DNA from: Thermomicrobiales bacterium | Lineage (GTDB): Bacteria > Chloroflexota > Chloroflexia > Thermomicrobiales > CFX8 | Direction of reading: 5' to 3' | DNA: 64,000 bases | Assembly (NCBI GenBank): GCA_037045155.1 | Contig: JBAOIG010000002.1 | Coordinates: forward strand, 278,433-342,432 | Part shown: piece by piece, positions 48,039-57,143 of the stretch | Layout: each line of letters begins with the position of its first letter | Numbering within the stretch: position 1 is the stretch's first letter | Translations under genes and position numbers: made by a program | The notes under the pieces: generated by a model | Told to the model about the DNA's origin: nothing | The model's database searches: none | The model's input: the letters and a program-made list of their open reading frames with translations, nothing else

Positions 48039-48857
48039 CTACTGACCGGCCCGTCCCTCCAGGTGCTCGATGTAGCGATTGGCGGAGCGGCGGACGGCGC
48101 CGAGGGCGTCCTCGCGGACAAAGCCGCCGAACGCGCCGTAGATGCGATCGAACGGACGGCGCTCGACGGCAGCGACGATGCGGCGGATGGTGGCCGGGTC
48201 GAGCGGGATATCGTTCGGGTAGCTGTACATGAAGCTGACCCAGCGCGGATCGGCGATGACCTGGATGGTGTCGCCGGTGAAGAGCGCGCCGCGCCCATCG
48301 GCCCCGGCCGGCCAGTGCAGAACGCTGGCGCCGGGGAAGTGCCCGCCGCAACGGATCATCGTCACATCTGGCAGGAGCTCTGTTTCCTCGCCCTCCCAGA
48401 AGCGGATCGCCGGGTCGGGCCGCATCACCCACTCGCGGTCGGCAGCGTGGATCCAGACCGGCGCGTCGCCAAACGCCCTGCTCCACTCCACCTGCGTTGT
48501 GTAGTAGTGGGGGTGCGAGAGCGCGATGCCGGCCAGACCGCCGCGACGCTCGACCTCAGCGATCGTCTCGTCGTCGATCAGGGCAATGCAGTCCCAGAGG
48601 ATGTTGCCGGCCGGCGTCTCGATCAGGTGCGCGCGCTGGCCGATGCCGACTTTCGGCTCGGGCAGGATCGCCGTCACGCCCGGTTCGAGGGAGATGAAGC
48701 GGTTGCGATGGTCTCGCTGAATCCGCTCCAGCGTCGTCCACTGCTGGCCATTGGGGTTGACGTACTGGCGGTCGTCCAGACAGATCGGACAGCCGGCCGG
48801 CGGCTGCTCGGCCTCCGGATACTGGGTTCCACAGGTTACACAGATGTACTGCTCCAT
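48039..48857 (-). CDS. MBL-fold metallo-hydrolase with an N-terminal zinc-ribbon.
   Basis: CVTCGTQY..CPIC ribbon, MBL motif LSHPHYY, and the downstream GGHFPG. Confidence 0.75.
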   Translation of the reverse strand: MEQYICVTCGTQYPEAEQPPAGCPICLDDRQYVNPNGQQWTTLERIQRDHRNRFISLEPGVTAILPEPKVGIGQRAHLIETPAGNILWDCIALIDDETIAEVERRGGLAGIALSHPHYYTTQVEWSRAFGDAPVWIHAADREWVMRPDPAIRFWEGEETELLPDVTMIRCGGHFPGASVLHWPAGADGRGALFTGDTIQVIADPRWVSFMYSYPNDIPLDPATIRRIVAAVERRPFDRIYGAFGGFVREDALGAVRRSANRYIEHLEGRAGQ

Positions 48858-49019
48858 CGCCGACCTGCCCCTCGCAATCAGATCCATACGCGGATGCGGA
48901 CGCGTAACCCAGTATAGGGGCGACAACGGGGTGTAATGCCCGTCGCATACGCGTAAGATCGGCGCACGCTCGACATCACTTGACGTTGGCGATTTCTTCG
49001 TGAAAGCCAGAGAATCGTT

Positions 49020-50402
49020 ATGTCTAGACCCGTGTCTCCCCCGATGCGTGTCCTGCCGGTCGTCCTGATTGTCGTTTCAACGCTGCTGGCCGGGGTCGGA
49101 AGCCTCGCCACGCCACGAACTGCCGCGGCGGCCGGGCCGACGGTCGTCTACTTCCCGGTCACTGGCCACCATGTCGCCGACTCGTTCCTTTCGACGTGGC
49201 GCAGGCTTGGCGGGCTGGCGACGTTCGGCTATCCGCTGACTGAGGCGATGACCGACCCCGACACTGGCCTGACGGTGCAGTACTTCGAGCGCGAGCGCTT
49301 CGAGTACCACCCCGAGAATGCTGGAACCGAGTGGGAGGTGCAGTTCGCGCTGCTCGGCTCCTGGTTGGCCGAGGGCAGGACCGAGCCGGCCTTCGTCCCG
49401 ATCCATGCCAATCCACCGCCGGCCGACTCGCCCTCCCGTAGCTACTTCGCGCCGACCGGCCACTATCTCGCCTACGGATTCAAGTCCTATTGGGAGAAGC
49501 AGGGCGGGCTGCGGATCTTTGGCTATCCGATCTCGGAAGAGCTCTCCGAAGTGAACGTCGATACCGGCCAGACGTATACGGTCCAGTACTTCGAACGCGC
49601 CCGCTTCGAGTACCACCCGGAGTACGCCGGGACACGCTCCGAGGTTCTGCTGGGCCGACTTGGAGCGCAGCGCGCGGCCAGGCTGGGGCTCGACACCGCG
49701 CCTGCCCCACGCAAGGAGGGCGTGCCCGACTACGATGAGTCACTCTGGGCGCCACCACCGCCGCGATCGTTCGATATCTCGGTGTTGATGTATCACCAGG
49801 TTGGCGACTCCGCCAGCCGCTACACGATCCCGCTCTGGCGCTTCGAGCAGCAGCTCGACTGGCTACGAGATAACGGCTATCACACGGTCACGATCTCCGA
49901 GGTCTACGACGCGGTCGCCGGTATCCGGACTCTGCCATCGAAGCCGGTCGCGATCACGTTCGACGATGGCTACGCAGCGCAATGGGGGGCCGCACAGGCG
50001 ATGAACGCGCGCGGGATGCGCGGCACGTTCTTCATCCTCAGCGGCGCGTCGCCACTGGCCGACTGGCAGATCAGGGCGATGGCCGACGCCGGCCACGAGA
50101 TCGGCAGCCACTCGATCTCCCACCCGGACCTGACGACACTCTCCGATGCCCGACTGCGGAGCGAGCTGGTCGATTCCCGCGCCCGGCTGCAGGCAGTTTC
50201 GGGCCAGCCAGTCGATATCTTCGCCTACCCGTACGGCGCGTGGAACAGTCGCGTCGCCAGCGCCGTCGAGGCGGCCGGCTATCGCGCGGCCGTCCACGCC
50301 TGGGGCGGCACCTGGTGGTCACCGGATAAATGGTGGATCGAGCCGAGGATCGAGATAGCCGGCACGCTGTCGCTGGGAGAGTTCGCGGGGTACGTGCGGT
50401 AG
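49020..50402 (+). CDS. Secreted polysaccharide deacetylase (NodB/CE4) with two N-terminal LGFP-like modules.
   Basis: Signal sequence, then modules ..GGLATFGYPLTEAM..VQYFERERFEYHPE.. and ..GGLRIFGYPISEEL..VQYFERARFEYHPE... The CE4 core has ITFDDGY and HSISHPDL. Confidence 0.85.
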   Translation: MSRPVSPPMRVLPVVLIVVSTLLAGVGSLATPRTAAAAGPTVVYFPVTGHHVADSFLSTWRRLGGLATFGYPLTEAMTDPDTGLTVQYFERERFEYHPENAGTEWEVQFALLGSWLAEGRTEPAFVPIHANPPPADSPSRSYFAPTGHYLAYGFKSYWEKQGGLRIFGYPISEELSEVNVDTGQTYTVQYFERARFEYHPEYAGTRSEVLLGRLGAQRAARLGLDTAPAPRKEGVPDYDESLWAPPPPRSFDISVLMYHQVGDSASRYTIPLWRFEQQLDWLRDNGYHTVTISEVYDAVAGIRTLPSKPVAITFDDGYAAQWGAAQAMNARGMRGTFFILSGASPLADWQIRAMADAGHEIGSHSISHPDLTTLSDARLRSELVDSRARLQAVSGQPVDIFAYPYGAWNSRVASAVEAAGYRAAVHAWGGTWWSPDKWWIEPRIEIAGTLSLGEFAGYVR

Positions 50403-50427
50403 AGTCGCGATCTCTTCGCCAGGAGAA

Positions 50428-50463
50428 CCCGACGCGACAGGCGCTGCCCCGGCGCGTCGGGTG
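50428..50463. terminator. 10-bp stem-loop between convergent genes.
   Basis: ACCCGACGCG-16 nt-CGCGTCGGGT. Confidence 0.4.
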
Positions 50464-50500
50464 TCTACGTTATGTCCGACTGGCCTCACGTTGTGGCGCC

Positions 50501-51430
50501 CTATGTTGCGCACCCCTGCTCGCCCGGCAGCAGTGGACGGAGGAGCAACGAGTATTCCTCGCCGCCGCTATTCCACTGCGTGAGCTGATTCGCTGTGTGA
50601 AGTTGCGTCATCAGGGTCGCAAGGTCGTCGCCCTGGACGATCGTGCAACGCATGGTCGCGGAGGTGTTGAACGGCTGACCGATCTCGGCCAGTGGAGTCG
50701 CAAGCGGCCAGTCGAGGTGCTGAACCGCGATGCCCTCCGGCGTCGCGACACTGCCGCCACCGCTAACGGGCTGCGAGACGACCTGCAGCCGGGTCACCTC
50801 ATATGGATGCTGTGCGCCACTGAATGCTGTCGCTGGCAACCATTCGTGCAGATTCGCGAGCTTGTTCTGGAGCTCAACGAGCTTCTGGCGAGCGACGTCG
50901 GCCGCCGGCGTGCCGGTCGATTGCGTGGCCTCGCCCAGCGCATAGGCTTTGACCGTCGTTGTCTTCCCGCCGGCGTTGAGCGTGAAGGCCGTCGTCGTTG
51001 CGTCCGCGACATGCGGGTTGCCGTAGTCAGCGTCACCGTTCATCAGGCCGGCGAGCTTCGCAGCCTGCAGGATGCCTTGAACCCCGTACTCGGTCAGACA
51101 CGTCTCCAGGAGATTGGGCAAGACCGGCCCGGGGAAGATGTCGGTATGCAGACCCTCGACAATGGCGCACCCGTTGCCGGCCAGGGTAACGAGCGGCAGC
51201 CGCGTAAGCAGCGCCGCTGGCGCGACAAAGCCGCCCTCCTGGGCGATACGCAGGATGTACTCGTCGGCGCCGGTCGGGTGCGCGATCGCCTCCGGTGTCG
51301 GGCTTGCTGTGGTCGTTGGCGTCGCGGTCGGGCTGGTCCCGCTTGCGCCACATGCGCTGATCAGCAGTGCTAGCGCTGCTACGAACGTCAGAAGCAATAC
51401 AGAACGTTGGCGGCCAGTTCGTGCGCGCAT
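50501..51430 (-). CDS. Lipoprotein of unknown function.
   Basis: Lipobox LLISACG followed by a Thr/Pro-rich linker. Intact 309-aa ORF with no recognisable motif. Confidence 0.6.
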   Translation of the reverse strand: MRARTGRQRSVLLLTFVAALALLISACGASGTSPTATPTTTASPTPEAIAHPTGADEYILRIAQEGGFVAPAALLTRLPLVTLAGNGCAIVEGLHTDIFPGPVLPNLLETCLTEYGVQGILQAAKLAGLMNGDADYGNPHVADATTTAFTLNAGGKTTTVKAYALGEATQSTGTPAADVARQKLVELQNKLANLHEWLPATAFSGAQHPYEVTRLQVVSQPVSGGGSVATPEGIAVQHLDWPLATPLAEIGQPFNTSATMRCTIVQGDDLATLMTQLHTANQLTQWNSGGEEYSLLLRPLLPGEQGCAT

Positions 51431-51642
51431 CAGTTTGACTCTCTCCGGGGTCGCCAGTCGACCCCGCGACCGCGGACTACGTCGTCCGCCGAATATCTAT
51501 CTAGTACTACGACGGCCGCAGAGATTCGATTGTTCCCGCGGCTCATCAGCGAGCGACCGCTGTCAGGGCGGGACTGGCGCATTCGTCCCAGATGCGGACA
51601 ATGATCGCGGCTGGATTGGTACAGAACGAGGAGCGTGATGAT

Positions 51643-52988
51643 ATGACGACCGACGGGCTGGAGACGATCGTCCGCGCCGAGCAGGAGCGCTGGACTGCGC
51701 CGGGAGTCGCCTGGGGCGTGCTCCGCGACGGCGAGGAGCGGACCGGCGCGCTCGGCGTCGCCAAGCTGACGACCGGCGAGCCGATGCGGACCGATTCGCT
51801 TTGCCGGATCGCGTCGATCTCGAAGGTGTTCACCGCGACGCTAGCGACAATCCTGGCCGACGAGGGCACGCTCGACCTCGACGCGCCGGTGAGCCAGTAT
51901 CTGCCGGGGGTGCGGATCTCCGCAGCGCGGGCATCGAGGATCGCATCACGCCGCGCCACCTGCTTTCGCACGGAACCGGGATGCTCGGCGACTATTTCGT
52001 CGACCAGGGGCTAGGAGAGGACGCGCTGGCAAGGGCGATCGGCGAGTTTCACACGCTGCGGCAGTATGCCGAGCCGGACGAGCTCTGGTTCTACTGCAAC
52101 TCCGGCTTCCACCTGGCCGGCCGGGTGATCGAGGTCGTGGCCGGCAAGCCGTTCGATGCCATCATGCGCGAGCGCGTATTCGAGCCACTAGGGCTGGAGC
52201 GGGCCTGCTTCTTCTCCCACGAAGCGATCGTCCACCCTCACGCGATCGGACACAACCAGGTGGCCCCCGGCGCCGACGAGCACGTCCCGGCCGGGCAGTA
52301 CTATCCGCGCAACCGCCTGCCGGCCGGCGGGATCTACGCGAACATCCCCGACCTGCTGCGCTTCGCCCGCTTCCACCTCGGCGATGGAACATCCAATGGC
52401 CAGCGCGTGATGAACGCCGAGGCGCTCCGTGCGATGCGCGAGCCGCAGCGCCAGGCAGCGAACTGGGCCGACCAGTGGGGCATCGGCTGGGATCTGCGCG
52501 AGATCGACGGGGTCCAGGTGATCGGTCACGGCGGCAGCATCAACGGCTTCAAGTCGCTGCTGACCGTCGTGCCGGAGCGGCAGTCGGCGCTGGTCCTGCT
52601 GACGAACAGTGGTCGCGGCGATGTCGTCAACCGCGCGGTCGAGCGCTGGTGGATCGAGCGCGAGCTGGGGCTGCGGCTGCCGGAGCGGCCGCGAGTTGCA
52701 CTCGCCGACGATGCGCTGGCCCAGCTCGCCGGCCGCTATCATGGACCGGACACAACGGTCGATCTCGTGCCAGACGGCGGCAACTTGCGGCTGGAGATGA
52801 CCGCGCCCGGTCCGAACGGCGGCGACCCGGTCGCCTGGCCGGCCGAGACACTGGCCCCGATCGGTGGCCGGGACTTCCTCGTCACCACCGGCCCGGGCGC
52901 GGGCGAACGGGTCGACATCGTCCCGGATCGCGACGATCGGCCACGCTATCTACGGATGCATGGCAGGCTGTACGACCGGCAAGCATGA
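51643..52988 (+). pseudogene. Beta-lactamase-family serine hydrolase with one frameshift in a G-run.
   Basis: The SxxK motif (IASISKVFTA) is in the frame of ORF 51592..52014. The rest (ITPRHLLSHGTGM, YCNSGFHLAG, HGGSINGF) is in the frame of ORF 51801..52988. The switch is at the GGGGG run 51906-51910; a sixth G would give ..QYLPGGADLRSAGIEDRITPRHLL... Confidence 0.8.
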
Positions 52989-53120
52989 CGGTGGGACGAG
53001 GGCGGAGGATATGAGCGCGTCGCGTGCTATGGTGACGCACAACAGATACGGCAGACGAGGTGTCGAGGGGCTCATCCTGTGTGTCCCACATCCAGTGTTC
53101 AGATACGAAAGGAGCAACCG

Positions 53121-54473
53121 ATGGTCCTGATGGATATGGAGGCCGAGGATCGCGTCCGGCAGAATGATCGGGCGCACGTCTTCCACTCGTGGTCGGCCCA
53201 GGGGCAGATCAACCCGCTGCCGGTGGCCGGCGGCGAGGGATGCGAGTTCTACGATTTCGAGGGCAAGCGCTACCTCGACTTCGCCAGCCAGCTCGTCTAC
53301 ACAAACCTCGGCCACCAGCACCCGAAGATCGTCGCGGCGATCAAGGAGCAGGCCGACCGGCTCTGCGTCATCCAGCCGAGCTTCGCGAACGAGCCGGCCA
53401 GCGAGCTGGCGGCGCTGCTGGCCGAGCTGGCTCCCGGTGATCTGAACATGGCCTTCTTCACCAACGGCGGGGCCGAGGCGAACGAGAACGCGATCCGGAT
53501 CGCCCGGATGGCGACCGGCCGGCACAAGATCATGGCCGCCTGGCGCTCGTACCACGGCGCGACCCACGGCGCGATCGCGCTGACCGGCGACCCACGTCGC
53601 TGGGCGTCCGAGCCGGCTATCAGCGGCGTCGTCCACTTCATGGGCCCGTACACCTACCGCTCGTCGTTCCACTCCGAGAGCGAGGAGCAGGAGCGCGACC
53701 GGGCGCTGGCGCACCTGGAAGAGGTGCTGCAGTACGAGGGACCGCAGACGGTGGCCGGGATCATCCTGGAGGTGATCGTCGGCACGAACGGCATCCTCGT
53801 CCCGCCCGATGGCTACCTGCAGGGGGTCCGCGAGATCTGCGATCGCCACGGCATCGTCATGATCCTCGACGAGGTCATGACCGGCTTCGGCCGGACGGGC
53901 TACTGGTTCGGCTCGGAGGGTTTCGGTGTCGAGCCGGACCTCATCAGCTGCGCCAAGGGGATCACCTCGGGCTACGTGCCGCTCGGCGCGGTGGTGATCT
54001 CGCAGAAGATCGCCGATCAGTTCAAGGACAAGGTCTACTACGGCGGTCTGACCTACTCCGGCCACCCGCTGGCCTGCGCGGCCGGCGTCGGCGCGATCAC
54101 CGCCATGAAGGAGGAGAAGGTCGTCGAGAACGCGAAGATGATCGGCGACGACGTGATCGGGCCGGCGTTGCGCGAGATGCAGAAGCGACACAAGAGCATC
54201 GGCGACGTCCGCGGCCGCGGCTGCTTCTGGGGCGTCGAGCTGGTCAAGAACCGCGAGACGCGCGAGATGCTAGTCCCGTTCAACGCCTCCGGCGCGCAGA
54301 TGGGCCCGGTCGCCGCGATGGCCAGCGCCGCGATGAACCAGGGCGTCGCGCTGATGGTCCACTGGAACGTGGTCATCCTCGCCCCGCCGCTGATCATCAC
54401 GCCGGCCGAGGCGAAGCGCGGCCTGTCGGTCCTCGATGAGGTGCTGGAGATCGCAGACAAGGCGGCGGATTAG
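53121..54473 (+). CDS. Class III PLP-dependent aminotransferase (omega-aminotransferase type).
   Basis: GAAAGGAG RBS. FTNGGAEANE, ILDEVMTGFGRTG, and the PLP-lysine region DLISCAKGITSGY. Confidence 0.88.
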   Translation: MVLMDMEAEDRVRQNDRAHVFHSWSAQGQINPLPVAGGEGCEFYDFEGKRYLDFASQLVYTNLGHQHPKIVAAIKEQADRLCVIQPSFANEPASELAALLAELAPGDLNMAFFTNGGAEANENAIRIARMATGRHKIMAAWRSYHGATHGAIALTGDPRRWASEPAISGVVHFMGPYTYRSSFHSESEEQERDRALAHLEEVLQYEGPQTVAGIILEVIVGTNGILVPPDGYLQGVREICDRHGIVMILDEVMTGFGRTGYWFGSEGFGVEPDLISCAKGITSGYVPLGAVVISQKIADQFKDKVYYGGLTYSGHPLACAAGVGAITAMKEEKVVENAKMIGDDVIGPALREMQKRHKSIGDVRGRGCFWGVELVKNRETREMLVPFNASGAQMGPVAAMASAAMNQGVALMVHWNVVILAPPLIITPAEAKRGLSVLDEVLEIADKAAD

Positions 54474-54563
54474 GAAGAGGGCCCTCACCTGTGCCCAGTG
54501 GGCTCCCACCCCTCTCCCAAGGTTGGGAGAGGGGTGTCGTGGATCGGCAGTAGTGGCTGCCGA

Positions 54564-55109
54564 TCATGCGCCGTCGTTGGGCACCGGGTAGCGCAGTGTG
54601 CCGTCGGGGAGGAGCTGAGCGCCGGGGGTGATCGTCGCTGGGGTGACCTGGCCCGGCCCAAGGATGTGTTCGACGGGGATGCCGCGGGCCAGCAGGTAGT
54701 CGGTGATGATGCGGCGATGGCAGCGCCACCAGACGGCCTCGGCGCACATGATCGCGCAGCGGTTGGCGCTGGCGAGCGCGAGCAGCTCTTCGAGGCCGGC
54801 CCGGAACTCGGCAGTCTCGGCATAGTCCGCGTAGTTGCGGAACGACGCGACGCGCCAGAACGTGTTCGTCGACGGCGGCGCGCCCTTCGGGTGATGCCGC
54901 CGTCCGCCGAGCGCGCGAATGTGCTGGTAGCCGATGCCCTTGGCGGTGAGCGCCTCTGGGAGGGTGTCGATGTTGAACTGGGGCATGGAGCGCGAGCGCG
55001 GAAACGCGCGCACGTCGACCAGCAGATCGACATCCACCTGCCGGAGCAGCGCGACGAGCTCGTCGACCGTCCGGTTCGAGTGCCCGATCGTGTAGACCGT
55101 CTGGGTCAC
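54564..55109 (-). CDS. DUF488-family protein.
   Basis: VYTIGHSNRT..LLVDVRAFPRSRSMPQFN...CAEAVWWRCHRR pattern typical of DUF488. The GTG start overlaps the upstream gene's stop. Confidence 0.75.
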   Translation of the reverse strand: MTQTVYTIGHSNRTVDELVALLRQVDVDLLVDVRAFPRSRSMPQFNIDTLPEALTAKGIGYQHIRALGGRRHHPKGAPPSTNTFWRVASFRNYADYAETAEFRAGLEELLALASANRCAIMCAEAVWWRCHRRIITDYLLARGIPVEHILGPGQVTPATITPGAQLLPDGTLRYPVPNDGA

Positions 55110-55324
55110 GACTTCAGCTTCGTCAGCGCCGAACCCTTGTGCATCGCGATGTGGTCGGTGTTGTCGCTCCTGATCTCGTACTGCGGCTCGTCCTCGCTGG
55201 CGTGGACGGTGTAGCCCTTGAACTCGATCTCTGACGTGACGACGCGGGTGATCGTGCCACGCACCCGGCCGGCCTCCGAGTTCCACGAGACGTGGTCGCC
55301 GACCTTGTACTGCTTCTCCGCCAT
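55106..55324 (-). CDS. DUF2945 (HVA-TUDOR-like) small protein.
   Basis: YKVGDHVSWNSEAGRVRGTI...HASEDEPQYEIRSDNTDHIAMHKGSAL matches my recollection of DUF2945. Confidence 0.7.
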   Translation of the reverse strand: MAEKQYKVGDHVSWNSEAGRVRGTITRVVTSEIEFKGYTVHASEDEPQYEIRSDNTDHIAMHKGSALTKLKS

Positions 55325-55624
55325 GAGTCTCCTGCCTCCTGACCGCTTCGTGCCACCGACGATATGGCACGTTGCGCGCCAAGGGCAACGACGGGCGCGA
55401 TCATGTGGCGTCGGCGTGACGACACCTCAGGATACCTAGTACAGCAGCCGTGTATGCCTCGCTTGCCTGTAACGGTTTTGTAACGACGCCAACAGCGTTG
55501 ACGCGACTATGACACGTTCCGCGTGCAAGACTCGCACCACCAGCCAACATAAAAAAGCAACAGAGAGGAGGCAACTCCCGTCGTAACCGTCTCGACCTAC
55601 GCTGATCTGGCAAGGAGGTGTCTC

Positions 55625-56845
55625 ATGTCACGAACCGCCAGCGCGAGCCGAGCTATCGGTCTGTTAGTGGTTCTTGTAGCAGTATCCATCCCACTCAGCA
55701 TCGCGACCAACGTCTCCGCATCGGGACGGGAGCCTGGTGCGTCGCTGACGCTGACGCCAGACTCCGGCAGTTGCGACACGGCGGTGATGGCTACAGGAGG
55801 CGGGTTTATCACGGGGACAACGGTCACGATCTTCGCTGGCCCGACGCCGGGTGATGAATTCGGCGTTGTTGCTCGGGCTTTGGTCGCCGCCGACGGTCGT
55901 TTCTCCGCCCCAGTATCCACAGAGATGTTCCTGCCAGGCTGCCGTGGCGGGGCAATGCCCACTACGAGCGGCCAGCGCTACATGGTCGGAGCTATGACCG
56001 GGAAGGGGCCGAAGGAGGGCGACGACTGGCGCGAGCCGGCCGCGCAGGCGATCTTCACGCGCACGTTCTCCTCTGCTGACTACTTCCGGCTGATCTGGCA
56101 ACGGACGGACCTCGCAGTCGCCAACGGTGCGAGCGACGAGACGTGGACGTGGGGTCCGACGCCACTGACGAAAGTGTTCCAGGAGCGCTACGACGACAGC
56201 CCTGGCGATAAGCGCAACGTCCAGTACTTCGACAAGAGCCGGATGGAGATCAACAACCCGGCCGGCGATACGGACTCGATCTGGTACGTAACCAACGGCC
56301 TGCTGGTCGTCGAGATGGTCGAGGGCTGGTATCAGACCGGCGACGATACGTTCGACAAGTCCCCCGATCCGGCCGAGGTCAACATCGCTGGCGACCCGAC
56401 CGGCGCCGACGGCATCGGGCCAACGTACGCCGACATCAACACCTTCGGTCTGCGCGCCAAGCCGGCCGCGGTGGTTGGGACCGCGATCACCAGCCGCATC
56501 AACGGCGTGGGCACGATCACGGCCGATAAGGCATTGGCGACGCACGGCGTCACCGGCGCACACCGCGTCACCATGCCGGGTATCGACCACACAGTGGCGT
56601 CCGTCTTCTGGAACCGGATGGTTGCGATCGGGGCGGACTACGACAACAACGCGTATTATGTGACGGGCCTACCGATCACCGAGGCGTACTGGTCGGCGGT
56701 GGCGGTCGATGGCACGACGCACGACGTCCTCTGGCAGTGCTTCGAGCGCCGTTGCCTGACCTTCACGCCGGACAACGACGCCCAGTGGCAGGTCGAGATG
56801 GGCAACGTCGGCCAACACTACCACCGCTGGCGCTACGGCGATTAG
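55625..56845 (+). CDS. Secreted protein of unknown function, paralog of 42226..43752.
   Basis: AAGGAGG RBS and a signal sequence. It shares the core listed for 42226..43752 but lacks the Thr/Pro linker and C-terminal domain. It has a different ~130-aa N-terminal domain. Confidence 0.7.
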   Translation: MSRTASASRAIGLLVVLVAVSIPLSIATNVSASGREPGASLTLTPDSGSCDTAVMATGGGFITGTTVTIFAGPTPGDEFGVVARALVAADGRFSAPVSTEMFLPGCRGGAMPTTSGQRYMVGAMTGKGPKEGDDWREPAAQAIFTRTFSSADYFRLIWQRTDLAVANGASDETWTWGPTPLTKVFQERYDDSPGDKRNVQYFDKSRMEINNPAGDTDSIWYVTNGLLVVEMVEGWYQTGDDTFDKSPDPAEVNIAGDPTGADGIGPTYADINTFGLRAKPAAVVGTAITSRINGVGTITADKALATHGVTGAHRVTMPGIDHTVASVFWNRMVAIGADYDNNAYYVTGLPITEAYWSAVAVDGTTHDVLWQCFERRCLTFTPDNDAQWQVEMGNVGQHYHRWRYGD

Positions 56846-56954
56846 GAACGGTCGCTTGACCATAGCTTCTCACAGGGCACGATGGTTGGCCGTCGCCCTG
56901 CCAACTATCGCGCCCTTTCTATTGCGTGACACAGCATCATGGCTTCGTCGCCAG

Positions 56955-57040
56955 TGCGTCCTGCAGCGAACGATCTCTCGGCGATGCAACATAGCCGCGC
57001 GGGGGAGATTCTTCGGCTGCGGCCTTCGAATGAAAGAAGA
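56955..57040. repeat. Degenerate copy of the palindromic repeat family.
   Basis: ..GCGAACGATCTC..loop..GAGATTCTTCGGCTGCGGCCTTCGAATGA. The right arm is nearly identical to the 47.5-kb units; the left arm is decayed. Confidence 0.55.
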
Positions 57041-57143
57041 AGGTGGCTGCTGGGGGATGCACTACACTGTCCGCGCTTGCGGGTGTGTCATCCGAAGGTC
57101 TGCATAGCGTCGTCCCGTAATCGACGGGAATGGGAATAGGAGA

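Noticed and set aside
47105-48045. Four long ORFs (184-289 aa) with 41-aa internal repeats, as candidate repeat proteins.
   Set aside because: They are all overlapping readings of the same 123-bp array in different frames and strands. They have no RBS or start context, and one runs antisense into the phosphoesterase gene. They are a by-product of a stop-free period divisible by 3.
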